From: Octopus sinensis
Lineage: Eukaryota
Assembly (NCBI RefSeq): GCF_006345805.1
Contig: NC_043003.1
Location: forward strand, 15,872,001 to 15,936,000
DNA length: 64,000 nucleotides
Direction: 5' to 3'
Both the position numbers and the translations under genes were made by a program. Under the pieces are notes generated by a model. The model was not told the origin of the DNA, did not search any database, and saw nothing but the letters and a program-made list of their open reading frames with translations. Positions 26,567 through 39,389 of the stretch are shown here, piece by piece. The number at the start of each line of letters is the position of its first letter. The stretch's first letter is position 1.

Positions 26567-27732
26567 GAAAAGGGAAATAGCGTGAGAGAGGGAAAGAGAA
26601 AGTTGGACATATAAACACGCGCGTTCCCGATTCCATCCTTATGTGTATGTTTAGTTAATTTTCTCTAGTTAGTCCAATGATTTGATTTCAGATCTTTTGT
26701 TGTTGCAGAAACAATTATATCGCGTGACAGAGTCGTTAATCGTCAGACTGCAGGACAATATGTGTTGCTGTAATTAGTTAAAGCCTTCACCTTGAGTTCA
26801 TGCCCGGTGAGGTTTACTTTGCCTTCTTTTCATCCTGAGTCGATGCAGTAATGCAACTGTGAAGTACCGAATGTTTATATTACTAAAACAAAGCTGTCTC
26901 TTTTCCTCTTCTTCTCTCCCAAATTTGTCTGACCTTGTGTCATTCATGAAAAGAATCCCTTTGTAATACAAAATATCTACTAAATATAGTTCACTAATTC
27001 GGCCAAAACAAACTGCGAACATCAATTTAGAGACAGACATCTGAATCAGAGATATTCAAAGAAATTATTAGGAGTAGATCGAACTGATAAGATACAACAC
27101 GCAAAAATGAAAGGGGAAATTTGGTAAAATGTATTACAAAGGAGTCAGGAGAATATCTGAGTGAGACAATTCGGCGTTGTTGTTTGGAATCTGAAGATTT
27201 GGTACGGCTGACAGGATATTCAGCCTGTTTTGGTGATTTTTTGGTACACTTTTCGCACTGCAAGGAAAACACACAAAACTCACTCGCTTGTGTGCGGAGA
27301 AATATACATATACAGATAGACAGTGTGCGTATGGAAGAGAGAGAGAAAATTTTTTAAATTCAACATAATTTACATAAACACTTTCCCTATTCTCATACAT
27401 TTAAAGTGAAATTTACTTCCATACGTAACCAGTTAGATATATATGTATATATCAGAGAGATGGATGGAGAGAGAGAGAATAGCATTAAAACAAAAGAAAC
27501 ATAAAACGCCTAATGTCAAATAAGTCGATTAATCAGCGGTTCCAAATAAGCGAAGCCATAACGGCTGTGCTAAAACGTCTCCCACCGAAATTTGGTTGAT
27601 TCCTCCGGTAAAAAGTTTGATTTGAATGCTGTGATTTGGAAGTTACGTGAACGGAGATGTGACAGAAAGAATGAAGAACCTCTTCACGAAGTGGCTAACG
27701 ATAAAGCATACCTACTCTGCGAGGAGTAGGAT

Positions 27733-28117
27733 AGATTTCTTTATTGGCCACGCAGGGCTGAAGACAGAATGGGCAAAATACAAAGTAGAGCTGGGGGGGG
27801 GGAGAAAAGAAGGAAAAAAAGTGGGTCTAATTCCGATCAAAAGGGATCGTCCCCAAAAAAATAAAGTGGGGACGATCAATAGGAATCCTGTATCACAGAA
27901 ATGTCAATGTAAAAAGGGAAAACAGATTAGGTTTGTCCGTGGATAGAAAAGCCTACGGAAAAGACCACGGGAACCTTGGGCAATAGCGTCATGCAGAAAG
28001 AAAACATTGCAGTAAGTGGCTCTCTTCTTTCTTTTGGTTTTCTTTTTTTTTGGTTCATAGGATTGTGCTCAAGCTGGCTCCGTCATTCACACGTGCCATC
28101 CTTGCTACATTCACCCA
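27733..28117 (-). mobile_element. Probable LINE 3' end (L1/Tx1-like, tentative)
   Basis: Minus-strand reading WVNVARMARVNDGASLSTIL* then a UTR ending CAGCCCTGCGTGGCCAATAAAGAAAT, similar to the SINE B tail. Confidence 0.45.
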
Positions 28118-28587
28118 TGATGAATGCTACATTGAATAAAAGGGGGTCAATTAATGCGGGGAAAAGGAACTAAAGCAAGTATTTCTCAGTCATAAATCCA
28201 GCAGATTTGAAAGAAAAGGTTTAAAGATTTATGGATATAATCTACTTCTTGAATGGACTAGGTACTTTATTTTATCCACTCGTGGGGATGAAAAGCATTG
28301 TAGACCAAGGTGGTATTTAAACTCAAATCGTAAAGAACCAGTACAAACATCGTAAAGAAATGTTGTCAACGTTCTAACGTTTCTGCCAAACCAAGGCGCT
28401 TAATAACAGTTTCTAACATACTCACAAGTCCAGAAATTCGGAAGAGGAAATCGGTTGATTACATTTGAACACTTGCAGGGTATTTTATTTCATCGATCCT
28501 AGAGACACGAAAGGCAAAGTTGATTTCGGTGAGATTTGAACGCAGGAAACAAATATCGGAAAGGAATTTTTCTAAGATTTTAGTGAC

Positions 28588-28829
28588 CCAACAATTATTG
28601 CTGGGTCCCTGTGAACAATATTAGAAGGTGTCAAGAGGAATATAAAGAAAACTGGATTAGACTGCCCAGTATAACTTTTACAAAATGTTTGTCTCCTTGG
28701 CACAGCCAAAATAATCAGGAAAGTATTAGAAAACTGAAAAGAGTGAATAGCATTGTACCGTAGGTTGTAGGTAGTAAACCCGCTACCCATGCAAGACTCC
28801 GGGAGTTTCAGCAAAACCTGTGATAAAGA

Positions 28830-28876
<47 letters not shown>

Positions 28877-28907
28877 TAATTATAATAATAATAATAATAA
28901 TGATAAT

Positions 28908-28944
<37 letters not shown>

Positions 28945-28980
28945 TAATAATAATAATGATAATTATAATAATAATAATAA
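28588..28980 (+). mobile_element. R4/Dong-type non-LTR retrotransposon 3' end with (TAA)n tract
   Basis: PTIIAGSL*TILEGVKRNIKKTGLDCPV*LLQNVCLLGTAKIIRKVLEN*, then a short UTR and (TAA)n at 28832-28980. Confidence 0.85.
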
Positions 28981-29419
28981 CAGGTGGGAATATATTTTCA
29001 CAAATATAGCGACGACAATGTGAAATGCAGCAAATTATACATCAGTAATTGATCAAGACTAACACATGAAATATGTGTGTGTGTGTGTATGTGTGTGTAT
29101 ATATGTGTGTGTATATATGTGTGTGTGCGTGTGTGTGTATGTGTGTGTGTGTGTGTGTATCCATAGATTTTTATCAACTGAAAATATCGTTTTCCTAATT
29201 GGTTGAGGGAACGATTCGTATCAGATATTGATTTGTGCCGAGTTTCCTTTTGTACCCTTTATCGTATCACGCTGGACGTCTATTTCCGACATCATGTTAC
29301 GTAACGAATTATTTTGAACAAAGTAAATTATCCCCTGCATGCTAGATGTAAAATGTAAAGAAAGTTCCGGTTCTGATCTGAGGAGAGTAGGATCACACAC
29401 ACACACACACACACAAACA

Positions 29420-29497
<78 letters not shown>

Positions 29498-29514
29498 TAT
29501 ATATATTATATATA

Positions 29515-29792
29515 TCACCGTGACGACCAGGCTATCAGATGTTGCTACATATCGCTGGTCACAATGCGCTTCGCATTGTTTCAGCCTTCAAATGACACCA
29601 CCACTCCGGCCAAGCGAGCAGGCCAACGGAAGAAAGAGTGAGAGATAGTTGTGGCGAAAGAGTACAGCAGGGATCGCCACAACCCCTGTCGGAGATCGTG
29701 GAGCTTTAGGTGTTTTCGCTCAATAAACACTCACAATGCCCGGTCTGGGAATCGAAACCGCGACCCTAGCCACTGGGCCATTGCGCCTCCAT
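29515..29792 (-). mobile_element. SINE family C, tail type ii
   Basis: Homologous to 18535-18821. Confidence 0.85.
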
Positions 29793-30773
29793 ATGTATAT
29801 ATATATATATATATATATACATAGATGCCTCACACTAGGAGGGACTCTTAAAGTCAAAATACTAAAATAAGTAAACATGTTGTACCGAATCAATTCTCGA
29901 AGCAAGTCATTCAAAAACAGAATTTAGCCACATATCACACATTTATTTCGTAATCAGCGCAATAATATGCGCTCTTTACTCTTCAGTGTGTGCATAATTC
30001 AAGATATATAATGAATAAACAAAAACAATATACCAAGCGAACAGCTATCGTATCCAGCACAGCATGTATGAATGTTTATCCCTTACACATCTATGTAAAT
30101 GGCGGTCTTTTTCGAATTGCATTTCGGTAACAACGTGCTTATTCGGAATACTCCGGTTAAGTTTACAATTTCAAAATAGGATAAAACTTTGTGTAGGAAG
30201 TTTCCCAGATGGTCACAGTCTATCTTTCTGTGAGCCTGATTGCTCTCTGTTACAAGAACATCAGTTATATGTCAGACCGCTAGCTCACTATAGGAAAATT
30301 CCACACGAATGTAATTTGTTTTGCTGCCCTATTCCCTATTAATGTTAAGGATTTGAAATTAAGATATTTCTTGGGGCAATAAGCAGCAATCCCCTCGTTA
30401 CAGAATTATAGTAAGTTATTGAATAGGCACACCATAAGGGTCTCATTTACCTCTGCAGCAAATAGGAAAGTAGAGGTAGAAATGTAAATATGATAATTTC
30501 TGATTTAGGCACAAGGACAGCAATTTGAAAATGTGGATTAGTCGATTCTCATCAGCTGCAGAGCTTGATTTGTAGCTTATATTATCGAGAAAACAATGGT
30601 TAAGTTGTCCTCTGTGGTTTATGAACGCAGAACGTAAACGTAAAGAATCAAATTACCCCAAAGCATTTTTTCAGACGCTCTCACGATCCGACCAACTAAA
30701 ATGACAATAAAATAAAATCACAAAATTATATTACATACATACATAGATACATACATACATACATATATATACT

Positions 30774-30810
<37 letters not shown>

Positions 30811-31593
30811 CAAGAAAGTTAGGGGTCGTGAATCAAACCAACAAAGGGATAATATGTATCCAATATACTACTGGTAGAATACCCAATTATTAACACACAA
30901 GTGTTTTTATTGCATTGAAATTGCATTACCTAGTGTACTAAATGGGTGAAGGTAAAGATATATTTTACCATTAATTTGTATAGCAAATAAAAAAATAGAG
31001 GAGAACAATAAGTGGTACATCAACTTCTGGACATTAAAAATGTTAACTTATTTATTTATTAAACTGATAATTATAATAACATACATACATATAGCATATT
31101 ATTCTTTACATATAAGACATAAGATATAAAATATAGTAATATATAAGGATACCAAAATTTATTATAAAAAATGAATATAAATTGATAATATATATATATA
31201 TATACACGCATACACATATATGTAAGTGGAGTTAAAGAAAGAGTTGCGGCTGAGTGAAAATTACATTTACAGACTGCTATTTTTCACACGCATGCAAATT
31301 ATGAAACGAAAGAAGTCGGTGTTTTATTACTAATTGGAAAATAAAAATTTAGGGCATCAGCTAAAATTTTCACTTGATTGAAGATAGGCTAATGACTTTA
31401 TGTAATTAAAAAGAAGATACTTATGAAGACATACGCATGCATAATAGCATATTCTCTCACACGCTAGCATACACAGCTGCACAACGTACGCCCACACAAA
31501 CGCATTTAAGAATTGCTCATGCCTGTATACGTATATAATCGTTTATACCAAAATGCTCATACATTCACAAATACATGTATATTGGTGGAAGTA

Positions 31594-31637
<44 letters not shown>

Positions 31638-31989
31638 ATATATATAATATATAATATATATGTGTGTGTGTATGGATATATGGATGTGTGATTCAAGCGT
31701 GCGTATGGTTATTGTGTTTAAAAGCATATGTTATATAAGTACATGCTTTTATAAATGTATGCTGGAATATGTCTTTATAAGCACACACGCATACAGTATT
31801 CACATTCATCAGAGAGATGCTTTTAAGAAAATTTACGATTATATATCTATGTCAATTAGAGACCGGGAATGAGAGAGAAAGGGGAGAGAGTGAAAGTCTG
31901 AGAAAAAATCAGAGATCTATATATGTGTGTGAATGTATGCAAGCATGCATGCGTATTGTATATATATATATATATATTATATATATATA

Positions 31990-32051
<62 letters not shown>

Positions 32052-32058
32052 AATATAT

Positions 32059-32120
<62 letters not shown>

Positions 32121-32821
32121 ATATAATAAGTCATAAATAATATATTTAATAAATAAGGTCTATATATACACATACATAGATACAAATTACTGCATTTTTG
32201 TTAGCATACTTGTATAAGCGCATTTTTGCGTTTATATAAATATATGTAAATATGTCTGTATGGGTAAAAGAGTGCAGTTTATTTGTTAAAATAGGCCGCA
32301 TGTCATATAAGAGTGCATGAATTAGACCGATATTTCAAGAGATGTTTTAATGAAAGAGTAACAATAATTAATTTCTTTAAAAAGGAAAAAATAAAAATTC
32401 TAATAATTAACTGGCCTCATTTGGCAACTCATCACAACTTGCTCTCCACTCATTTTTTCGTTGACAATAAAGATGATCACAAAACTTCCACAAACTTCAA
32501 AAGATATATCCACAACATTACAAAAAATAGCATGATCATTTCTGACATTATTATTATTGCATGAAGTGGTTTTAGAGTAATTTTGACTTGTATTTCTAGC
32601 ATGTTGGTGCTGTTCTCAGTACCCATAATTATAATTATATTTATATAATTATATATATAAAAATGTAATTATATACGAGTATATCATGTATTTAGACATG
32701 CACATACATACATACATACATACTACATACATACATACAACATACATTCATACATACGTACATACATACATACATACATACATACGTACATACATACATA
32801 CATACGTACATACATACATAC

Positions 32822-32935
32822 AAAAATACCCTGTTGTTGATGATGAATTTCCAATGAAGGATTCTTGGATCTAGGTTAGAAACCGGTTATTTCTCTGTTG
32901 GCAAAAAATCTTGAAATAAAACTGAATGATGACAT
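32822..32935 (+). mobile_element. Short repeat family F embedded in (CATA)n
   Basis: Homologous to 43827-43930 (minus) and 15132-15230 (minus). Confidence 0.7.
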
Positions 32936-33580
32936 ACATACATACATACATACATACTTATATACATACATGCATACATACATACATACATACATACATA
33001 CAAACATACATACACACATACATACATACACACATACATACATACATACATACATACACACACACATACATACATACATACATACATACATACATACATA
33101 CATACATACATACATACATACATACATGCGCATACATTAGAATACATATAGATATAGGTGCAGGCATGGCCGAGTAAGTTTCCTTCTGAACGATGTAGTT
33201 GCTCGTTCTTGCAACTTCGAGGGATACATTTAGTCCCATGAAATTGTTCCAGATAACGCGTATTTGCGATTAATTTTCATTTGCCGAATCCCCATGGGAT
33301 CAGCTTATTCGGATGTTAATGGAACTTCTGTTAGGGTAGTGAGTAAGGATATATTAGGGTGCTAAAAGTTTTGAGTGTTTGGCTACACTTAACACTTGTT
33401 ACTTTTATCCGTACTCTGAACTTATATCACATATATAATTATATAATTATATATATTAAGTCTTACTTATATGGTTTTTATTACATGGTGGCCATTGATA
33501 TGATCGTTATTTTAAAATGATTATATAATTATTTATGTATGCACACATATACTCACACACACACACATATATATACATAC

Positions 33581-33611
<31 letters not shown>

Positions 33612-34615
33612 CATACATATTCACACACACGCACACAACCATATGACAGCATTTTATAAACAAACATTGGAAGCATCGAATGAATAGAAGTCAAAATGCC
33701 TCCAAAAGGACATCCTTGGCACTCCTTTAGCACTAGTGAAAAGCGAGTGAAATGAACAAAAAGTTAATTCCTTCGCTAATTTGAGTGGGACTGAGAAGTG
33801 AATAGGACATTACAAGGTAGTTAAGCCAAATGGAAATTTCATTTGTGTGTTAGTTTCAGAGAAGTTGACAAGGACATGGGATGGGTCTTCTGAAGGAGGC
33901 AATAATATATTACTAAGAAATATCGATAGAAATGGTAGGTTTGATGGGAAGATAGGAGGCAGTTCAGAAAGAACAATTTCGTAAGGCTTTTCAGACGATG
34001 TATTAGCTGGGAAATTTTATGGGGACTTTTTTGCTTTGCGAAGCACATCGATTGCGTTTCTCTAACTAATCTGCGTGCTCTTAGCTACAAAGAAACTAAA
34101 TTTGTTTAATGAGTATAAGTGAGAGAGGCGTCATACATTTCATCTTAGCATTGCACCAATGGGAGAACTATTAGATTTGTTGTTAAGTAATTTGAGGACG
34201 TATATAACTTGAAGCTCTGTTTTCTGTAGAATATTAGAAAGTAATAGAACTCTTTATTAAGCATGATTAAGGAACTAGATTCAGTAAAAATTTGTGAGAA
34301 TAGCTGAGAGCACCGTGATTTTGAAATCGAAAATATTAATTCTAAATTGGAAAACATATTCTAGTCTCCGAGGATGATAATTAGAAAAAAAATTATTCTC
34401 CATCAGATACAACTCTCGTGAAGACATTTTTATTCTTACTTCTATTTTCATTGTCCATTACTGTCCAGATATATTCGTATGCATATATTTATAGGGAGTG
34501 TATTTATGCATGTATGCATATATTTATACATATGTATACACACATGCATATATACATGTACATATATGTGTGTGTATACAAGCACTCATATAACGCACAT
34601 GTATATACTGTGTAT

Positions 34616-34670
<55 letters not shown>

Positions 34671-34775
34671 GTATATATATATGTGTTATGTAATATGTAT
34701 GTGTATATAATATATATGTATGTATATATATATAGTAATATATATGTGTATATATGTATGTAATATTATATATAT

Positions 34776-34879
<104 letters not shown>

Positions 34880-35280
34880 GTTGTGTGTGGTGTATATATA
34901 TACACATATTCACAGACACGCATACACCCTATTTTCCTCTGTATATTTCTCTGTTTTACCATCACGGGATAAATTTTTCTCTCAGTTGAATCATCTTCAG
35001 CAATATCATCCTTCTTTATATTCTCTATGTGAGAATATAAAAATGATGGAGGAGAGAATGATAAGGAATGACACACAAGAGGAAAGGAAATTTGATGAGA
35101 ATAACCATGATGAAGATTAACTAGTGTTCATAGAAAAACCGAGGTAAAAAGGAACCCGAAGGAACGAAAGACCCTAAAACTAAGTGGATCGAATAAAGAT
35201 TCAGTAAATAATATCAAAACTGAGCAGTGTAGTTGAAACAATTATCTGTGAAACCATTTCAGATACCAACACAGATATTA

Positions 35281-35432
35281 GTACATTATTTACATTATTT
35301 ACATTCAACGGATATTTGTCCTCATCTTGTTTGTAGTTAACACAGCATTTCGGCTGATATAACCTCGAGCCTTCATCGGGTGTCTTGGTGAAATTTCGAA
35401 CCTGGATTCTCATTCCTAAGGTATTTTCCGAT
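35281..35432 (-). mobile_element. Repeat family E with degenerate hammerhead
   Basis: ACAC CCGATGA A GGCT..AGCC GAAA TGCT GTGT at 35340-35383. Confidence 0.6.
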
Positions 35433-35437
35433 GCTAC

Positions 35438-35492
<55 letters not shown>

Positions 35493-35556
35493 GGCAAAGT
35501 GGACCTCGGCAGAATTTGAATTCAGAAATGCCTCACTAGTATAGAAAGACAGGTTA

Positions 35557-35820
35557 AAAGGAAACGCTGCCTCAAATGACCAATCGTTAATGTGTCCACC
35601 GATTACATAGAAACGCCTAACGGGAATAATTCCTGAAGAGATATAACAAGATCTGTATGAGATACGTCTAATGCCTGGTGAGAAGAACGGTCATCGAAAA
35701 CCAAAGAGAGGAGCAATAGACTCATCACTGATCGATAAAAGGATTTTGAGGAATTGAAGAAAGTGATAGACAAGTTTATGATCATTTCGGTCGATCGATT
35801 TCAGAAAAGCATACGATCTA
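35557..35820 (+). pseudogene. R4/Dong-type reverse transcriptase fragment (N-terminal RT motifs)
   Basis: KGNAASNDQSLMCPPIT*KRLTGIIPEEI*..MPGEKNGHRKPKRGAIDSSLIDKRILRN*..IDFRKAYD; several stops. Confidence 0.75.
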
Positions 35821-35889
35821 TTATTTCAATCGTAAATCAAGCGGATAATCATCGAACTTATGCTAAAAATAAAAGATTGTAAAAATACC

Positions 35890-36533
35890 CCATTCTACTA
35901 TAGGCACATGGTTTGAAATTTTGGAAGAGGCGGAGCCACTCGATTATATCGACCCCAATGTCGTAACTGGTACTTATTTTATCGACCTCGAAAGGATGAA
36001 AGGAAAAGTCAAACTCGGCGGAATTTAAACTCAGAACGTAAGAAATGCCGCTAAGCATTTTTGCTTGGCGTGCTAACGATTCTTATTTCTTTACTACCCA
36101 CAAGGGGCTAAACACAGAGGGGACAAACAAGGACAGACAAACGGATTAAGTCGATTATATCGACCCCAGTGCGTAACTTGTACTTAATTTGTCGACCCCG
36201 AAAGGATGAAAGGCAAAGTCAACCTCGGTTGAATTTGAACTAAGAACGCAACGTCAGACGAAATACCCATTTCTATAGTAACCACAAGGGGCTAAACACA
36301 GAAAGGACAAACAAGGACAGACAAACGGATTAAGTCGATTACATCGACCCCAGTGTGTAACTGGTACTTAATATATCGACCCCGAAAGGATGAAAGGCAA
36401 AGTCGACCTCGGCGGAATTTGAACTCAGAACGTAGCGGCAGATGAAACACTGCAAAGCATTTCGCCTGATGTGCTAACGTTTCTGCCAGCTCGCTGCCTT
36501 GACATGCTAACGATTCTGCATGCTCACCGCCTT
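35890..36533 (-). mobile_element. SINE family B nested multimer
   Basis: Two tail-A units inside an older copy; 20-bp imperfect duplication at 36064-36083 and 36498-36517. Confidence 0.85.
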
Positions 36534-37605
36534 AGAGATTGTAAAAAATAATAATGGAAATAAAATTAATTACAATGCAAAAATTTATTCAGCTAAATGG
36601 GATTAATAAGGAAAGTTAAGGCAAAATGTGTGATAGGCATAGTGAGGGCAAAAAATATTTAGATAAAAATTTCAGATTTGTTTTGATTTTAAGCAATTAA
36701 ATGGAAAATAAACAATTATGTTAGAGAAAAATTTCAGAAGGTGGAAAAGAAAGATATTATAAATGGGTGTTGGTTGTATCGCGAAGAGAAATATTATAAC
36801 AGTTTATTGGTGAGAGTTAAAATTTGAACAGATTGATCGGAAGGGAAGGGAGCAAATGATGGGAGGAAGATAGAGGTGTGCGGGAGGATATATCGCAGGT
36901 AAAAAAATAATCTAGGTTTGAAAGAAGAGAAGAATGGAAGAGTGCTATGGACAAAACGAAGAAAGGATACGAGATTAAGAATAATGTGTGCAAATACTAT
37001 CAGCCATTAACCAAAGCATTGGCAAGTTAGTTGAGATAGAATAAGATGGGATGGGAATAAATGATCAAAGAAAAGCGATGTGTAATTAGAGCGTACTAAC
37101 TGATAAAAATATTTAAAAAAAAAAAATTAATTAAGATTATGTGGCTGATTGATATTATTCAATTAATTGGTCGGAATAGGCGCAGACATTGCTGTGTCGT
37201 CAAGAAGTTCGCTTTGCACGCACGCGGTTTCGAGTTCAGTTTTATTAACACTTAGTGCTAGTGTCTTCTACTATAGCACCAGTGCCTTATTAGTGTATTC
37301 GATAAAAGGAAAGACTTTGGAGTAACCAATTCCTGGAATTCTGATACCTGCGGATTACTGTTCCTATTCATTCTGATTACGCCACTCTAATCTTGATTGG
37401 AAATCACCACAATTTGTCCGTGACTCTTCCACTTTTCTCGTCCTCCTTTCACCAATCTCTTTTCTACTTCCACTTTTCTCTTTTTGTCGCCACCAATAAC
37501 ACCTACACCGACATTCTTTACCCATTCCCTTCCGGTCATTTCAATATGTGACCGCGAGTGTATCGTTGGCAATTTTCTTTCTCCGTCTTCCCTTCTTTGG
37601 ACTAA

Positions 37606-37640
37606 ATTTCTGACGAAGAGCTCCGCTCGAAACGTGAAAT
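37606..37640 (+). ncRNA. Minimal hammerhead, family D' (37547-37740); probably inactive (GUG site)
   Basis: ATTT CTGACGA A GAGC TCC GCTC GAAA CGT G AAAT. Confidence 0.65.
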
Positions 37641-37737
37641 CCTTTTTCTTTTCTTTCCTTTACTGAGCATCCAATAACACTGTACTTATTCCACGCTCTC
37701 ACGTTGTTGTTTTTTCTTGCTTGTTCATGTTTGGATT

Positions 37738-37774
<37 letters not shown>

Positions 37775-37777
<3 letters not shown>

Positions 37778-37945
37778 GGAATTTATAGAAACAAAAAGAC
37801 GAAAGGAAGTGTAGGAACCACAAACAAGTGTATTAGTTTGACGCCCGGGAAAATGAAATGAAGTCTTTTACGTTTCGAGCCTACGCTCTTCAACAGAGAA
37901 AATAAACGGAGAGAATGAAAAGAAACTTGTAGATTTAGCGGTCCA
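37775..37945 (-). mobile_element. Hammerhead-bearing repeat, family D
   Basis: CTGTTGA AGAGC GTAG GCTC GAAA CGT A AAAG at 37865-37896. Confidence 0.65.
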
Positions 37946-39389
37946 GCATGATATGTGTGTATGTGAGTGTGTGTAAGAATGAGTAGAGGCGGATTTTTGA
38001 GAGGATAATTTTTTATTTTAATCATCTTAATAATGATGTTTACAGAGAGTGTTGAAAGTTTTGGGGAAATTTCCTCTAATAATGTTTCAGATTTCAGTGA
38101 TTTCGTTGCTGAATTTGATCTTAACTTTCTCCTTATTATTCTACTATTTTACGGATTGGCACAAGACAGGATGGCTTTCACAAGATCAAAATCAGAACAC
38201 ACACTCTCACACGCTCACACACACATACATCTGATCAGGGTGAGATCTTTGACAAATTTAGTTTAATTCCACCACTGAATCGCAATTTTGTGAAGAGAGA
38301 AATTCATCTCTTCAGGCTCAATGACTCTATAAATATATATACTCTACATCATGTATTGAGTGCTATCTTCCTCATTTGCTTATTAAAACCAACATTTTAT
38401 ATACTTTAGTGTGTAACAGTATACATATATCATGCGTGGGTGTAGAAGTCTCGGAGTTTATCTATACACTATGTATGTGTGTCTGTATAGATATACACAA
38501 ATAAAACTTGCGCATATGTACACATTCGCTCATATTTAGAAACGCCCACGTCCATTCATAAATGTACATGTATACATATATGCACATATATGCATACACA
38601 CACATACACACATATTCTTGCGTGTATATGCATGTATGTATGTACGTATATATGCATGCATATACGTACATGTATATATATGATTGGGTATGAGCATGTT
38701 TATATACATACATGTGTGAGTGTATGTATACATATGTATTACATAGGGATTCATTATATTTATCTCTCGTGATGAAATAACATAAGCTATGTTCAAATAA
38801 CGTGTCGAAATGTTATCACTAACAACTAATGAATGATATGCAGATGGGCAGAGGATAAAATAAAAGTAATAAACTAGAAACTTTACACTCACATTGACAA
38901 TTGGTCGAAGAATCAATGGACAAACAGAGAACGCCTTATGTTTACTTGTCTGGCTTGGATCAACATTTTAATATCTTTTTGCGATCTAATAGATATTTAT
39001 AAAGCTGTACATACACTCTCTAACCTTCTGATTAAAGATATCTCTGGCGTAAAAGGTTTTGTTTAAAAACAAAAAGAGACAGAAAGAGAGAGACGGAGAG
39101 AGACAGAGAAGACCATATCATATTTGTCGTTGTTAATATTGTTTTTGAAATATAGGTTTTTGTCTACAGGTGTTTAATCAAAATTATGCCTGATCCAATA
39201 AGAAAATATAAATAGTATTTATGTTCGTTTATATTCTGCTTGGTGATGGCAATATATAACCATAGTTTATTTGAGCGATTTCTTTTGTTTTGCCGTAGAA
39301 TTATGCATGTAATCGTGGTTTAATTACTCCGATCTTATCGTTATGGGTATTGATATTTACCAGTATAACAATGATGATGACAATGATAA

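Noticed and set aside
33700-34360. Possible old LINE coding relic
   Set aside because: No recognisable motif could be recovered in the frames I read by eye.
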